A DNA stretch of 64,000 nt from Chrysomallon squamiferum (GCA_012295275.1 CM022665.1:48236001-48300000), one strand, 5' to 3'. Positions 17,137 to 32,324 are shown, numbered from the stretch's first letter. Notes: generated by a model not told the origin, from the letters alone. Numbers and translations: made by a program.

Positions 17137-18726
17137 TGTGTTTGTGTGTGTACAACTGTGTATTTGCCTCTGTGCATGTATTTATTTCAAAATATTTACA
17201 TACTAAATGTTCTCTTAACAAGTAACAAATGATGATGATGAAAATGATGGATGATAGTGATAAAAGAAGGATGATAGATGATAAATAACAATTATGATGA
17301 TGATTACGGATGATCAGAATGATTACAACACATCAAACTGAAGGATAATTAAAAACGCATCAGTACAAAAACAACATGGCTGAAAATTTGCAATAATTTC
17401 TAATCTTCCTTGTCAACATCACATTTTCTTCATTATTAGATAATTCTTCTACAACAACAACAGCAGCAGCAGCGCACACAGCCTCTGACTATCGGCTTAC
17501 TAATAGCTACTGCAGCAGGAAGAACCTGCGAGTGGTTTCGGGATACTAATGAACTTGCTAGTATTTCAGTACTGTAACCCGATTCACTGACGTCTGGGCA
17601 CACTTCCCACAATTCATCAGCAATTAGCAAACATTAATCTTCCTGTTGACACAATCTTCTAAACAATTTTTTTTATTTTTTTTATTTATTTTTTTTTAGT
17701 GAAAATATCAACAGGTTGAATAAAAAAAATAAAAATAAAAACAAACATGTCCCAGTATTTCATCTGAAATATGTGTTCATTTAATTTCACTAATGTCAGC
17801 GTTGGTTTAATAAAGCGTATTATCCACCCCCGTGTGAAGTATTGGAAGTATCACATAGCTGTGTTCTGTCTCATACTTCTACACGTCATAGGTTAACAAA
17901 AGGGTTTGATCTATATTTTATTAATGTTTCAGAAAATACAAAGTGTTTGATATAAATTTTTTAACTTTGACTAAATAACAAAATGTTTTAAATATAAATT
18001 TGATGTTTCAGAAAATACAAAATGTTTGATATGAACGTTTTAAGTTTCACTAAATACAAAATGATTTAAATATATTTTTAAAATTTTCAGAAAATAGAAA
18101 ATGTTTGATATAAATTTTTAATATTTCAGAAAAGACAACATATAAAATTGCAAAATATTGAAAAGTAAAATTACTGTGTTTAATACTCACTGGTTACAAT
18201 GTTTTGTATTAACAGATATTCAGGTAAATTTTGACTATATATACACTGTACATTGTATATTGTGACACACTTTGATGCTGAACTCTGCATTAATCAAATA
18301 TCTGGCAGGATGAAAAACGTCAAAAGAAGCTGAATATTAACAACAAAAATTTAGCCAATTTAGAGACAATTACTTTGTAGACCATTAACCAGAACAAAAA
18401 ATCTTTATTTACTGAATTAATTAAAACAGTGCAAGCATTAAAACAAGTGTGCAGAATTAAGATGTCAGAGAAAATCCAGAAAATTATCACTGAATAATTG
18501 AACACAGACTGGTTTTGTGTGAGCGAACAAATCATAGCACACAAAGTAATGTGTGAACGTTTAATAATCAAACTGTGAAATCTTTGTGTGATGACTTGTT
18601 TACAAATCTGCTCATTCTCTTTCTCTAACATACACTTGCACAAATTCATACACATACAAATACACACACACGTAAATTCACACACACTCACACACACATA
18701 TATACATACACACAAACACATATTTG

Positions 18727-18763
<37 letters not shown>

Positions 18764-18937
18764 AACAAACATACTTGTAATATATATACAGACACACATA
18801 TTTACACACACACATATATATATACACACATATACACAGATACATAAACATGCATCATACATATAAACACATACATATGCACAGACATACTTCCATATTT
18901 CATATATATGCATACAGAGAAACATACATCTACATAC

Positions 18938-18989
<52 letters not shown>

Positions 18990-19361
18990 GACACTGTTTA
19001 CATGCGTATAATTATATAAACATGAAACCAACATACACAACACATTCATTGAAAAACACAGAAAGACAAACACATGAACTGACACACCCACATTCACTCT
19101 CACTTCTTACAACACAAATTAAAAAAAAAAAATCTTTCTCAATTAATAATCAAACTGCACCCTGTCACCTTTCACCTCAGTCACCATGGCAACACACCTT
19201 AAATAATTAACAGGTAATAAGAGGTGTGTAATGAATTAGCCAGGTAAACATGAGGTGAATCTCTAAGTGTTTTAACTAAACAAAACTTGTAGACAAACAA
19301 AACAACAGATTAAATACAGTAATTGTTTAATCCTTATTTCTATATTAAAATATCTGTGTGA

Positions 19362-19395
<34 letters not shown>

Positions 19396-19879
19396 GTGTG
19401 TGTCTCTATGTATGTATGTATATGTGTATGTATGTGTGTGTGTGTGTAACAGATTAAAACAAAATCACTGTTTAATCTTCATTTTTCTAATAAAATGTTT
19501 TGTGAATGTTTTTTTTGTTTTTTTTTGTGTGTGTGTGTGTGTGTGTGTGAATATACAATCATACTTGTGCATGTGCATGTTTGTATTTAACTAATTATAT
19601 TTCTCTGTCTATGTCTATGTATACTGTGCCTTTATTTAAGCATGTAATGTAATTTCACTCCGTGTAAGTGAATTCATATATATGTGTGTTTGTGTATGCA
19701 TGTATCTGTATATCTCTCTATGTATTATGTATGTGTGTGTATGCATGTATGTATGTATGTATCTGTAAGTATCTATCTATCTATACATTGTATGTGTTGT
19801 TTCTCTCTACAATACATTAATGCATGGACTGTATTTAAAAACAAGATAAACGAAATCTCAGCTAACCACACAAACTTAC

Positions 19880-19990
19880 CTCGCTGTAGCTGCGGTACAT
19901 GTTCTGACCATGCCTACATCGGCGATGATGTAGTCGGTTACACAGAACGCGATCGACATTATCCAGAGAATTGTTCTTGTTAAGCAACAT
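19880..19990 (-). CDS. Candidate alternative first coding exon of PDE3 (37 aa)
   Basis: ATG-initiated MLLNKNNSLDNVDRVLCNRLHHRRCRHGQNMYRSYSE ending at a consensus GAG|GTAAGT donor in phase 0, compatible with the 10465 acceptor. Locally CpG-rich unique sequence. No homology recognised. Confidence 0.5.
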
Positions 19991-20657
19991 GTTCGAAACG
20001 TGCGTCAACGTTTGTAAACATTTTTCATCATCATCAACATCATCTACTACTACTACCACGTCATCAGAGGATTAAAGTAAAAAAAACAACCTTTTAACAA
20101 AAACAACCAAAGAAACCAAAGAAACTGGATTCCATCACAATGTGATAAACAAATCTGTAAATCCCTACGTCATCATCATCAACATCATCAACACCACCAT
20201 CACCACCACCATCATACACCTGCTGCGTGATGTTGATACTGATTTTACCGCTGTTACTACCGATGTTGCTAATGCTGTTGTTACTGATGCTGCTGTTAGC
20301 GGGGAGAAGGTGAACAACAGAGGTTGGTTCAATCAATACAGCTTCAAGACTTTCTCTGTCTTCAGCGCGAGATCAATAGTCAACATCAACACCCGCCACA
20401 GCGGCCGATGTGATGTAACCACGTGATGTCACACTGTGACACCTCGCTGTCACATCAACAGAAAGTCACAATATTCAACGTTTGTTGTGGGGTTTTTTGA
20501 GAAGGAAGAATACAAATCTAAAAATATAAATCACACCCAGTTTCTGTAAGTGCAGACTTAACCAACACCCCACTCTAAACCCCACCCTAAACCCCACCCT
20601 AATTTCTACTGCTGAAGTCTTTTGAAAACACAGCAACCATAATCTCTAGAACTCCAG

Positions 20658-20870
20658 CATAACTGATATATAACTGTAATTTAACTGTAAAAAACTGAAA
20701 TATAACTAATATAACTGTAAAATAACTGAAATATAACTGAAATATAAGTAAATATAAATTAAAATATAACTAAATATAACTGAAATATAACTGTAAATAT
20801 AACTCAAATATGACTGTAAATGTAACTGAAATATAACTGTAATATAACTGAAATACACCTTTAATATAAC
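20658..20870. repeat. 11-bp degenerate repeat (aactgaaatat)
   Basis: Direct. Confidence 0.8.
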
Positions 20871-21288
20871 CATAATATAAAATGACTGGTACATCTACAT
20901 CTACAACTACAACTACAACAACAACAGACAGGTTTGTATGACACCTCTGGAGTGAGACAGGGATATCTGAAAGCTGTCAATAAATCCATTGAACAGAGCG
21001 CAAATCAAAGGAATTTCTGTCCGGGATTTAACGACTACTTGCATCTCTACGTGGCCAGTCATTATCTCCAACCTACATCATCACCGGCATGTACTTATTC
21101 ATAAACTTCGACTTCACCGCTAACCACACGAAAATCATCTGAGCCAGAAAGGAAAACCATGTAAACAAAATAACTGGTTATTTTAGTCTGATCAGATCTG
21201 TATTTGTATTTGTTCTTCACATTATGTGTATCAATATCTGTCTATATTTCTATCTAGCTCCCTCTCTCTTTCTCTCTCTCACTCTCTT

Positions 21289-21334
<46 letters not shown>

Positions 21335-21766
21335 ATATCAGATCTGTATTTGTATTTGTTCTTCACATATGTGTAAAATCTGTCTCTATTTCTCTCTAGT
21401 AAACCAAAACAAAATAACTGGTTATTTTAGTCTGATCAGATCTGTATTTGTATTTGTTCTTCACATATGTGTATCAATATCTGTCTCTATTTCTCTCTAG
21501 CTCACTCTCTCTTTCTCTCTCTCACTCTCTCTCTCTCTCTGTCAATATCTGTCTATATGTCTCTCTCTGTCTCTCTGTCTCTCTGTCTCTCTCTCTCTCT
21601 CTACATATATATATACATATTTATATATGCATAAAAACACATTATGCCCAGTTATTTATACACACAATATATAAATAAACACACATATATCAATATCTAT
21701 CTTTATATCTTTCATTCTTTATATTTCTCTCCCTGTTTATTATATATGCATATACACCCATATCAG

Positions 21767-21805
<39 letters not shown>

Positions 21806-21989
21806 GATATTACCATTTTGTGTTTTTTTTCAGCTAATTTAACAGACTGTTTGAGGATCACAGAAAACAAGTTTCATACTAGAACTCACTGACATGATGA
21901 CAGGGAAAAACGAACCCAGAAAATAATTAAAATTCACCTAATAATGATTTACATGTAGATGGCTACTAAAAAAAAAAAAAAAAAAAAAA

Positions 21990-22026
<37 letters not shown>

Positions 22027-22341
22027 TAATATATATTAAAAAATGGATTAAAAAATTAATAATAAAAAAAAAAATAAAATAAAATAAATAAAAAAATATT
22101 AACAAAGATTTCATTAAAAAGAAAATATAGAGAACATTTTTTTCTTTTTCCTGTTTATTATTATTTTTTTAATAATCAATGAAATGTGGGCAGCATTAAC
22201 TGTTAGTTACATCATAAATAAACGAACTCCCTGTTACTACGGTAACAGATAAAGTATAGGTTTTGCAGCAACAAAGCCAAATGGTGTTTGCAGTTACTAT
22301 GGTAACACAGATGAAGTTGTTTGCTATTCAAATACACATGT

Positions 22342-22695
22342 AACATTCATACTGACACAAGATGACATTCATACTGACACAAGATGACATTTAGACTGAC
22401 ACAAGATAACATTCATACTGACACAAGATGACATTCAGACTGACACAAGATAGCATTCAGACTGACACAAGATAACATTCATACTGACACAAGATGACAT
22501 TCAGACTGACACAAGATAACATTCAGACTGACACAAGAAAACATTCAGACTGACACAAGATAACAGACTGACACAAGATAACATTCAGACTGACACAAGA
22601 TAGCATTCAGACTGACAACATTCATAGCATTCAGACTGATACAAGATAGCATTCAGACTGACACAAGATAGCATTCAGACTGACACAAGATAACA
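22342..22695. repeat. 23-bp minisatellite (cattcagactgacacaagataa)
   Basis: About 15 copies. Confidence 0.92.
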
Positions 22696-22981
22696 CTGAG
22701 TATAGAAGTCAGAGTACAAACAGTAGTGAGATGTTGTTGTAATGCACACAGTGTGGCTGCTGTTGTGTAATGCACACCATGGTGTGGCCGATGTTGTAAT
22801 CACTGGAAGACATCTGTACTTCATCAACTTCAAACACTGACACAGATTTTCTTGTAACAAATACACAACCACCACTTTATATACACACACACACACACAT
22901 ACACAAACACACACATACACACAAACACACAAAAACACACACACACACAACACACACACACACACACACACACACACATCC

Positions 22982-23050
<69 letters not shown>

Positions 23051-23325
23051 GAACCATACAAATATGCAAAAATACTAAAAAATACACAAATACAAGCATT
23101 TATAGACAGACACAAATACAGTTCTCAATATACACACACAAAACATAAACATTTACACATGCATGTGCTCACACACAAAAACACACACAAAAACACATAC
23201 ACAAACATTCACACACACACACACAAGATTAATATAATGATGGTCAGTAAGAAGGTGATAACTTACACTTAAAGTGACTCAGTGTCAAACTCAGACAATA
23301 CAAGAGATCCGCTTAATTCACTGAG

Positions 23326-23658
23326 TCTTTGTATTAAACAATAAATTGTATCTTTGTATTAACCAGTGATAAAGTGTATCTTTGTATTAACTGAAAAAGT
23401 GTATCTTTGTATTAACCAGTGATAAATTGTATCTTTTGTATTAAATGATAAATTGTATCTTTGTATTAAATGATAAATTGTATCTTTGTATTAACTGATA
23501 AATTGTATTTTTGTATTAAATGATAAATTGTATTTTTGTATTAAATGATAAATTGTATCTTTGTATTAACCTGTGATAAATTATATCTTTGTATTGAATG
23601 ATAAATTATATCTTTGTATTGAATGATAAATTGTATCTTTGTATTAAATGATAAATTG
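23326..23658. repeat. ~25-bp minisatellite (tgataaattgtatctttgtattaaa)
   Basis: Direct. Confidence 0.9.
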
Positions 23659-24012
23659 TTACACACATATATACGCATACATACACAGATATATGTACAC
23701 ACAGACACACACATACAGACACACAGACACACATAGACACAAAGACAGTTACAGTTGTTTGACATGAAGAAGACACTAAGTAACGTCTGACAGGTAATTA
23801 CAGGTGTTAACGAGTGTTGACAGGTAATTACAGGTGTTAACGAGTGTTGACAGGTGACGTGTTGGCACCTCTATGTCATTATTAATCACAACAAATCACA
23901 GGTGAGATAAATCACTGTTGTGATGGATGAGGTCAAGAGGTCAGTGACTTTTCAGTGTACTACATCAAGTCTGAATGTGTCACCTGGTCAGTGCAAACAT
24001 CCATCACTGTCC

Positions 24013-24792
24013 AGACTGAGTAGCTAAGAGTACAGGTCACCAGGTCAGTCAGTTATGTTTGTTACAGAAAAATACTCTACACAAGACTGAGCTGAACAAA
24101 CTCTATACAAGACTGAGTAGCTAAAAGTACAGGTCACCAGGTCAGTCAGTTATGTTTGTTACAGAAAAAAAATACTCTACACAAGACTGAGCTGAACAAA
24201 CTCTATACAAGACTGAGTAGCTAAAAGTACAGGTCACCAGGTCAGTCAGTTATGTTTGTTACAGAAAAATACTCTACACAAGACTGCATTAAACATACTC
24301 TAAACAAGACTGAGCATAACTATAATCTATACAGAAATCTGAGCTAAATACAGAACTATTACAACAGTCTATACAAGACTGAGCTGAAAAACTCTATACA
24401 AGACTGAGTATAGCTAAAAGTACAGGTCACCAGGTCAGTTATGTTTGTTAAGAAAAAATTATTATCTACACAAGACTGAAACAAACTCTATACAAGACTG
24501 AGCTGAATACACACCAGGTCAGTCATTATATTTGTTAAGACCGCACTGAACAAACTCTATACAAGACTGCACATACTCTAAACAAGACTGAGTTCAACAA
24601 AACTATACAACAGACTATGTTGATCATCATCAGCAGTCTATACAAGACTGAGCTGAACAAACTATACAAGACTGAGCTTGATCATCATCTATACAAGACT
24701 GAGCTATGTTGACTGATTCATCTATACAAGACTATGTTGATCACTCATCTATACAAGACTGAGTTGATCAAAGTCTATACAAGACTGAGCTG
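24013..24792. repeat. ~100-bp tandem units decaying into ctatacaagactgagct sub-repeats
   Basis: gtacaggtcaccaggtcagtcagttatgtttgtt appears about 4 times. Confidence 0.85.
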
Positions 24793-24894
24793 ATCACAGA
24801 TAAAGTATGTACAACAAAATCAAAGAGAGTCAATTTACTAATGTCATAACTTGTTTATTTTTAACTATTGCATTTTGTACATCATTGAAGCTAA

Positions 24895-25345
24895 CAATAT
24901 TTTGCATACTTCATTAAATGTAATGGTATTTTGCACACTTCATAAAATGTAATGGTATTTTGCACACTTCATAAAATGTAATGGTATTTTGCACACTTCA
25001 TTAAATGTAATGGTATTTTGCACACTTCATAAAATGTAATGGTATTTTGCACATTAAATGTAACTTCATTAAAATGTAATGGTATTTTGCACACTTCATA
25101 AAATGTAATGGTATTTTGCACACTTCATAACATCTTCCTATACAGTATGATCTTTTCATGAATTATACAACTGAGATACAATAAGAAAATTATATTTTAT
25201 TTATTTATTTAAATTTAATTTAATTTAATTTAATTTAATTTTAATTTAATTTAATTTAATTTAATTTAATTTAATTTAATTTAATTTAATTTAATTTAAT
25301 TAAATTAATGAATTAATGAATTAATTTTAATTTAATTTTATTATA
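24895..25345. repeat. 29-bp minisatellite (aaatgtaatggtattttgcacacttcat) followed by (TTAAT)n
   Basis: Direct. Confidence 0.88.
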
Positions 25346-26346
25346 TTTACTTTATTTTCACAAAAAATGTCATGTTATTTTATTCATGCAGGAAGTAACC
25401 GCACACACTACACCCAGCATAAACATCTTTATGACGTCAGCATCAATGCTGCTGCTGCTGCCAACGATTATTAATTTGTGGTTTTGTGTGCTGCTCACCT
25501 GAGGGTCAGTTGGCGATGCTGTAGATTTATGAGGAAATCAATAATTAACTCAACACCTTGCATCACTGTGAGAAAAATCTCAGTCGATACAACATACAAC
25601 GTCTGGAAACAAAATGACATTTTCATCACCTTTCTAAGCCAGACAGCTGCACTGGGGAAATTCTGCTTCAAAACTGAGAGGCTCTGGGATCAAGTCTCTG
25701 TACCCAGCCTATCTGGGTAACAGCTACAACAACAGTTTTTAATATCAACAGTAATTAAAAACACACACACACACACAATGATGTTGTGATTCAAGATGTT
25801 GTATAATGATGTTGTGATTAAAGATGTTGTAGTTAAATATATGATGATGTCAATGGTGTTGTAAATAATGATATACGATGATGTTGTAGTCAAAGATGTA
25901 ATAATGATGTCATCACCAAGACAATTCTTTCTGGTAACCTTTTTACTGACTGGGATCATTTACATGTGTTCTGACACAGACAGGGCAGCACATACCACGT
26001 ATTTTTTTACAATCCACTAACACAGTAATACAGTACAACTGTCCAGCTGACACAAAATCTTATGTGTTTGTGTTTGTGTTTGTTTTTAATTTCTTCTTCT
26101 TCTTCTTCGTCTTCTTCTTTGTTACTGGACTTTGTAACAATTGATTATGTGTCTCTGTTCAGACAAAGCTTAATGAGCTGTGATTTTCAGCAGATTTAAA
26201 ATATCACTGTGTCTGTTCAACCTGACAGACAGACAGACGGACACCTCGTTAAAGTTTCACGCCAAAGCAGAGAAACGTCAGCAACATTCACAACACCCTG
26301 GAAGACCACATCAACTGAGGTCAGTCAACGTTCTTGTTAAAACACC

Positions 26347-26985
26347 GACCACTTACAGTACAGACAATAACAGACCACTTACAGTACAGACAATAACAGA
26401 CCACTTACAGTACAGACAATAACAGACCACTTTACTGTACAGACCAATAATAGAACACATTACTGTAGACCAATAATAGAACACATTACTGTACAGACAA
26501 TAACAGAACACATTACTGTACAGACCAGTAATAGAACACATTACTGTACAGACCAGTAATATAACATATTACAGTACAGACAATAACAGAATACATTACT
26601 GTACAGACCAGTAACAGACAACTTTACTGTACAGACCAATAACAGAACACACAGTACAAACCAGGAATAGAGCACATTACAGTACAGACCAGGAATAGAG
26701 CACATTACAGTACAGACCAATAATAGAACATATTACTGTACAGACCAGTAATAGAACACATTACAGTACAGACCAGTAATATAACATATTACAGTACAGA
26801 CCAGTAATAGAACACATTACAGTACAGACCAGTAATAGAACATATTACAGTACAGACCAGTAATATAACACATTACAGTACAGACCAGTAATATAACACA
26901 TTACAGTACAGACCAGTAATAGAACATATTACAGTACAGACCAGTAATAGAACACATTACAGTACAGACCAGTAACTGAACACAT
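26347..26985. repeat. ~28-bp minisatellite (acagtacagaccagtaatagaacacatt)
   Basis: About 23 copies. Confidence 0.92.
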
Positions 26986-27364
26986 TTCAGAACAAATCTG
27001 GACCACATTAAAAAAGGAGCCATTTTAGACTTGATGTCTGTAACAATTTTTCAAATGTTGGTTTAAAAAATGTTTTATAGAAACTGAATTTTGTTTTACA
27101 AAACACCAACAAGTAACATATTTTGTTCTTTTTCTTTTTGTTCCTTCTTTTTTTTTCTTCTTCACAAAAAATTAAAAACACAGCAAGCTGCAAAAAAAAT
27201 AGACAAATCAGTGACAGATTCAGTTTTCTAATCGAAGTAAATATTCCAAAAAAAAAAAAAAAAAAAAATTTAATAACTTGAGCTGAAAATGATATTTGTG
27301 AGTAACAAAAGAAAATCCCCAACATTTCAAACAGGCTGACAGGACTGAGACGCCCCAACTGACA

Positions 27365-27525
27365 GTTACCATAGCAACCTGAAACTGCTGCAATGCACCG
27401 CCCAGTAAATAGTTATGAACTGCCAGTGGCTAGTGTCACCATGATGACCAGACCACTGAGCCTGACAGAGTAACAAGGTAAGTATAAGTATCGGTTACAC
27501 ACACAATTTTGTTACAAACATTTTT

Positions 27526-27557
<32 letters not shown>

Positions 27558-27650
27558 CATCAACGCTAGACCGTCACCACGGCAACGCACACTCACCCAG
27601 TAGACGTCCTCGAACTCACACTGAGTCTGTTTGTCGTGTTTCCTAGCAAC
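27365..27650. promoter_or_regulatory. RFX X-box cluster (putative enhancer or promoter)
   Basis: GTTACCATAGCAAC 27365, GTCACCATGATGAC 27435, GTCACCACGGCAAC 27573, GTTTCCTAGCAAC 27638, in relatively CpG-rich unique DNA. Confidence 0.5.
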
Positions 27651-27892
27651 TCGCTGTCTCATGATTTTCATAAAGAGACGTCTCCGCGAAGAGTTCCTGT
27701 CTCTGTTTTCCGCTTTACTTGTCATTCAGTCTGGCACTGCACACACACAGAGACACACAGTGACACACACACACACACACAGTGACACGTGTGTGACATC
27801 AGGTCATGTGACAGTGAAGTGACAGTCAGCTGATGTATCCAGCAATAAATCACACACAACCAGACAGTTCACACGACTCTTTCGGTTCACCC

Positions 27893-28383
27893 TGCAAGTT
27901 CAGTTTATGCTGCAACTTCAATCCATGCCAAAAGTTCAGTCTGTGCCACAAATTTAGTTTATGCCACAAATTTAGTTTATGCCACAAGTTTCATATATGC
28001 CACAAGTTTAGTTTATGCCACAAGTTCAGTCTGTGCTACAAGTTCAATTTCATTTATACCACAAGTTCATCTGTGCCACAAATTTAGTCTATGCCACAAG
28101 TTCGGTCTATGCCACAAGTTCAATATGCCACAAGTTCAATAAATGCCACAAGTTCAATAAATGCCACAAGTTCAGTCTATGCAACAAGTTCAGTCTATGC
28201 AACAAGTTCAATTTATGCCACAAGTTCAATAAATGCCACAAGTTCAGTCTGTGCCACAAGTTCAATAAATGCCACAAGTTCAGTCTATGCCACAAGTTCA
28301 GTCTGTGCCACAAGTTCAGTCTATGCCACAAGTTTGGTCTGTGCCACAAGTTCAGTTTATGCCACAAGTTCAGTTTATGCCAC
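27893..28383. repeat. 18-bp minisatellite (tgccacaagttcagtcta)
   Basis: 6-aa periodic ORFs (CHKFSL)n. Confidence 0.92.
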
Positions 28384-31300
28384 CATCCTGAATCACAGTC
28401 CTCTCATCACAAATGCTCTGTCTCTGTTTTATCACAATCATCTTCTGTCCTATCACACTAAGGATGCAGGATCCTGATCAACAGATACCGTAAACATCAA
28501 ATCAGAAACATGATCCTAGATCCTGCTGTGTGAAAACTGAAACTATATCCTTAAATATCAGAGTAAACATCATCATCTGCCAGGCAGCACAGTAAACATG
28601 TTTAATATCTTCTTTGGGTAAACATCATCATGTATCCTGTGATGTGACATTAAAATTTGACCACATATCCTGTTATATCAGAGTAAACATAAATATCCTG
28701 TCAGTTCAGAGTAAACAGTATTTTTTATCCTGTCACAGTAAACATATCCTGCTATGTCAGAGTAAACAAGAATATCCTGTCATGTCAGATTAAACAATAT
28801 ATTTTATCCTGTCACAATAAACATAATCTATTATATCAGTGTAAACAAGAATAAACTGTCATATCAGCATAAACAATATTTATATCCTTAAACAGTAAAC
28901 ATGCATATCCTGACATATCACAGTAAACAAATATGAGTGTCAGATGTCAGAATGACTGAATTAATTAAATAACTGACAGTTTTTTTTTTTAAATCAACAA
29001 TAACTTTCAAGCTGCAGAGAAATTCTGACAATTCTGACAATTCTGACATCTGCAATCAGATGCTGGCTGAGATTTCCCTCATTAGAGACATTATTATTAT
29101 ATATATACATATTTTTTAAATGTTTGACATTACACATGAATCAGCAATGAACAGCAATCAAGCTTCTGTCATCAAGGTAGACAACTCTGCACGTCAGCCT
29201 CACCTCTGTTAAATTAGCACACAGATTGTCAACACTGAGAATATTCCGTGACGACACTTTGCACTGACAACATATTCACCACTGTTCTAAAATGTTCAAG
29301 TGCTAATCAGCAGTTTTTTTCAACCAGCATTCTGCAATATTCCATAACATCCAAAAGATTTCGCTAGCATTGTGCAATATTCCAGTAATATTTTCCCAAT
29401 ATTTTTCCAATTTTCCAACATTCTGCAATATTTTTCTAATTTTGTCAAAACAAATTTGCACTACTGTCTAACATTCCAGTGGAATTTATCTGCAATATTC
29501 TGCACTGAATTCAAGCGATACTCTCCAGTGTGCAATATTGCAGTGATATTCAACAGCATTCCGTGGTGCTGGTATTTCACAGGTATGAGCTATGTGAGGT
29601 ATTTCACTGCTGTTATGCAGCAGATTTCCAGAGGCACTGATAAGCAATGCTATGGCTCATTAATCACACACACACTCGGGGCAAACACTGAAGTCTTCAA
29701 AGTGCGATACAGTCAGTGAGGCATGGCAAGAACAACTGAGATATTCACAGACGGACAGACAACAAATCAGTTAAACTGTTCACAATGGCCTATCACACAG
29801 ACACACACACACACACACAGACACACACATAAACACACACACACACACACACACCATGTCAGTTTAACTCATAAAGAATGCTGTGTTTACAACTCATCTT
29901 AAAAAGACTACAGACCACAAATATCATATGCAGCTCAAAAATAACTACAGATTACAGTCTACAAATACCAGAATTCAGCTTACAAATAACAACAGACCAC
30001 AGCCTACAAATCAAAGACTACAGCCTACAGCCTACAGTTTAAAGTAAAAGAGTACAGACTACAGCCTACAAATAACACTACAGACTTCAGCTTAAAATAA
30101 CAGAGTACAGACCACAGCTTACAAATACCAGCTATGGACTACAGCCTCAGTCTACAAATAACTTACTCCAGAATTAATAAAAGCTACAGTCAGTATACAG
30201 AGAGTTATCAATTTCAAAATACAAACTGCATACATACTGCAGACACATTAGACTACAGACAACACTACAGACAAAGAACATACAAACCAAAGACCACAGA
30301 CCTACTACAGACTACAGACATGGCTACAGACAACAGATGGGTATGAGAGTGTTCACAGACAAGGTTAAACCTGCAAAGAAAAAAACTGAAAAGAAACAAC
30401 TCTGTCTACAGTTAACTTCACAAGGAAGCTAAAATCTGCATCTACCCAGTCTGTATAGACTTTTTCAAAAGAATTTAAACCACAATAATAAAATAAAATA
30501 ATTATAGCTCTCTTTTCAGAGATCAGAAGAGATTAAAAAAACAAAAAAAAAACAACAAATAAAAACAACAAAAAAACAACAACAAATAAAAACAACAAAA
30601 AAATGCTGTTGATTTGTTATAAAGAATATTTTATGAAAGAGACAAACCAAGTTATTTTGTGTTTATCATTAGTAATCTTTGATCCAGCACAAAAACCACT
30701 ATAAAGTCCAACAACAGATAACGAAGGCATGTATAAATCTAACCAAACACAATTTCGTCTACCCTGAGAGAAACACATCAGTCCCCACCCAGGCAAGTTT
30801 CAGCTCCGCCCCAAAGAAAACAATGATGTTTAATGATGACAATAAAGATGTTTACATTTAAAGAAAACATTTAACAGTAAATAGATATTTAACTGGGTGC
30901 AAACATTTGTTTATGTCTAAGAGAATCAAACAGGTAAATGTGATGTGTAGAGCTGACTAATTGAGTAATCTAAGTCAAATAAAAAAAACACGTCTGTTTC
31001 TTAATCATTCAGTGATTGATGATGATGACATCCATCAATGTCTTAATGATGTAATGTATGTCACATGCATTTAAATGTACCCATGAACACACACAAACAT
31101 ACACACATATGCATACATACATACATACATACACATACACACACATATACATACATACACACAGATATGTAGAAAAGGCAATGCAATGTCTAAATAGTTC
31201 TATAATTAACACAATTGTGAATAGTTTATTTTTTCAGATAAATGTATTTACTATTAAAACAAAGCTTAGACATACATATCAACACATACACACACACACA

Positions 31301-31432
31301 CATAAATGCACACATATACACTCACACACAATAATGAACACACACACACATGCATACACACACACAATAATGAACACACACACATGCATACACATATCCA
31401 TACACACTGATAAAACCACAAAGACACAGACA

Positions 31433-31472
<40 letters not shown>

Positions 31473-32271
31473 GGGTATCATACATGTATTATAATAAAAA
31501 AATAAAAACTACATGTACTTTTCAAGTTCAAAAATCAAAGACAAATTTTTATAAACTGTTTATATACATACAATCTCCATGGAGACATGTTTACAGACTA
31601 ATAAACTAACTCAGGCGTGTGAAAGGTTAAACATCTGTGTTTTTTTCTCACTAGACCAGTCTGTGAAGATTGTTTTCATAGACAGGCACAACACGGAGAG
31701 GATTAACCTGAACAAATTGTTTTGCTTGTTTGAAGAAGCCGTTAATGGTTACAGGAGAACTTGCTTCAGTTACATGAAGGGATTTGGTTACACGGAGATG
31801 GAGATTTGGTTACACGGAGAAAGGTGAGTTTTGAAAACACATCAGTGAGATGGAGGGTCTGTTTGCAGAGAAAACAAACTTTGTTGTTTAATGTTTTCAG
31901 TGAGAGAGAAGTCAGAGTGGAAACACTTAGTGCTGACAGATTCAACATCAGTGAAAACTGACAGCCTGAAGACAGACACAGACAGACAAACACACAAACA
32001 CAACACAAACAGAACACAAATACACAAAACTCTAGATACACAGACTGACGTAAACATACATGTATGTGTATTTTCATAGTAATATATGTAATAGATGTGT
32101 GTGTGTGTTTGTGTGTGTGTGTATGTATTTATTTATAAACAAACACTATACAATTACATTACACTGTACATAGATACACAGACTGATGTAAACATACATA
32201 TATAAGTATATATGTAATTTCATAATAATATATGTAATAGATAGGTGTGTGTGTATGTGTGTGGTTTTTTT

Positions 32272-32324
<53 letters not shown>

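Noticed and set aside
20570-20602. Telomere-like CCCTAA motifs
   Set aside because: Only two separated copies within a 12-bp repeat; not a telomeric array.
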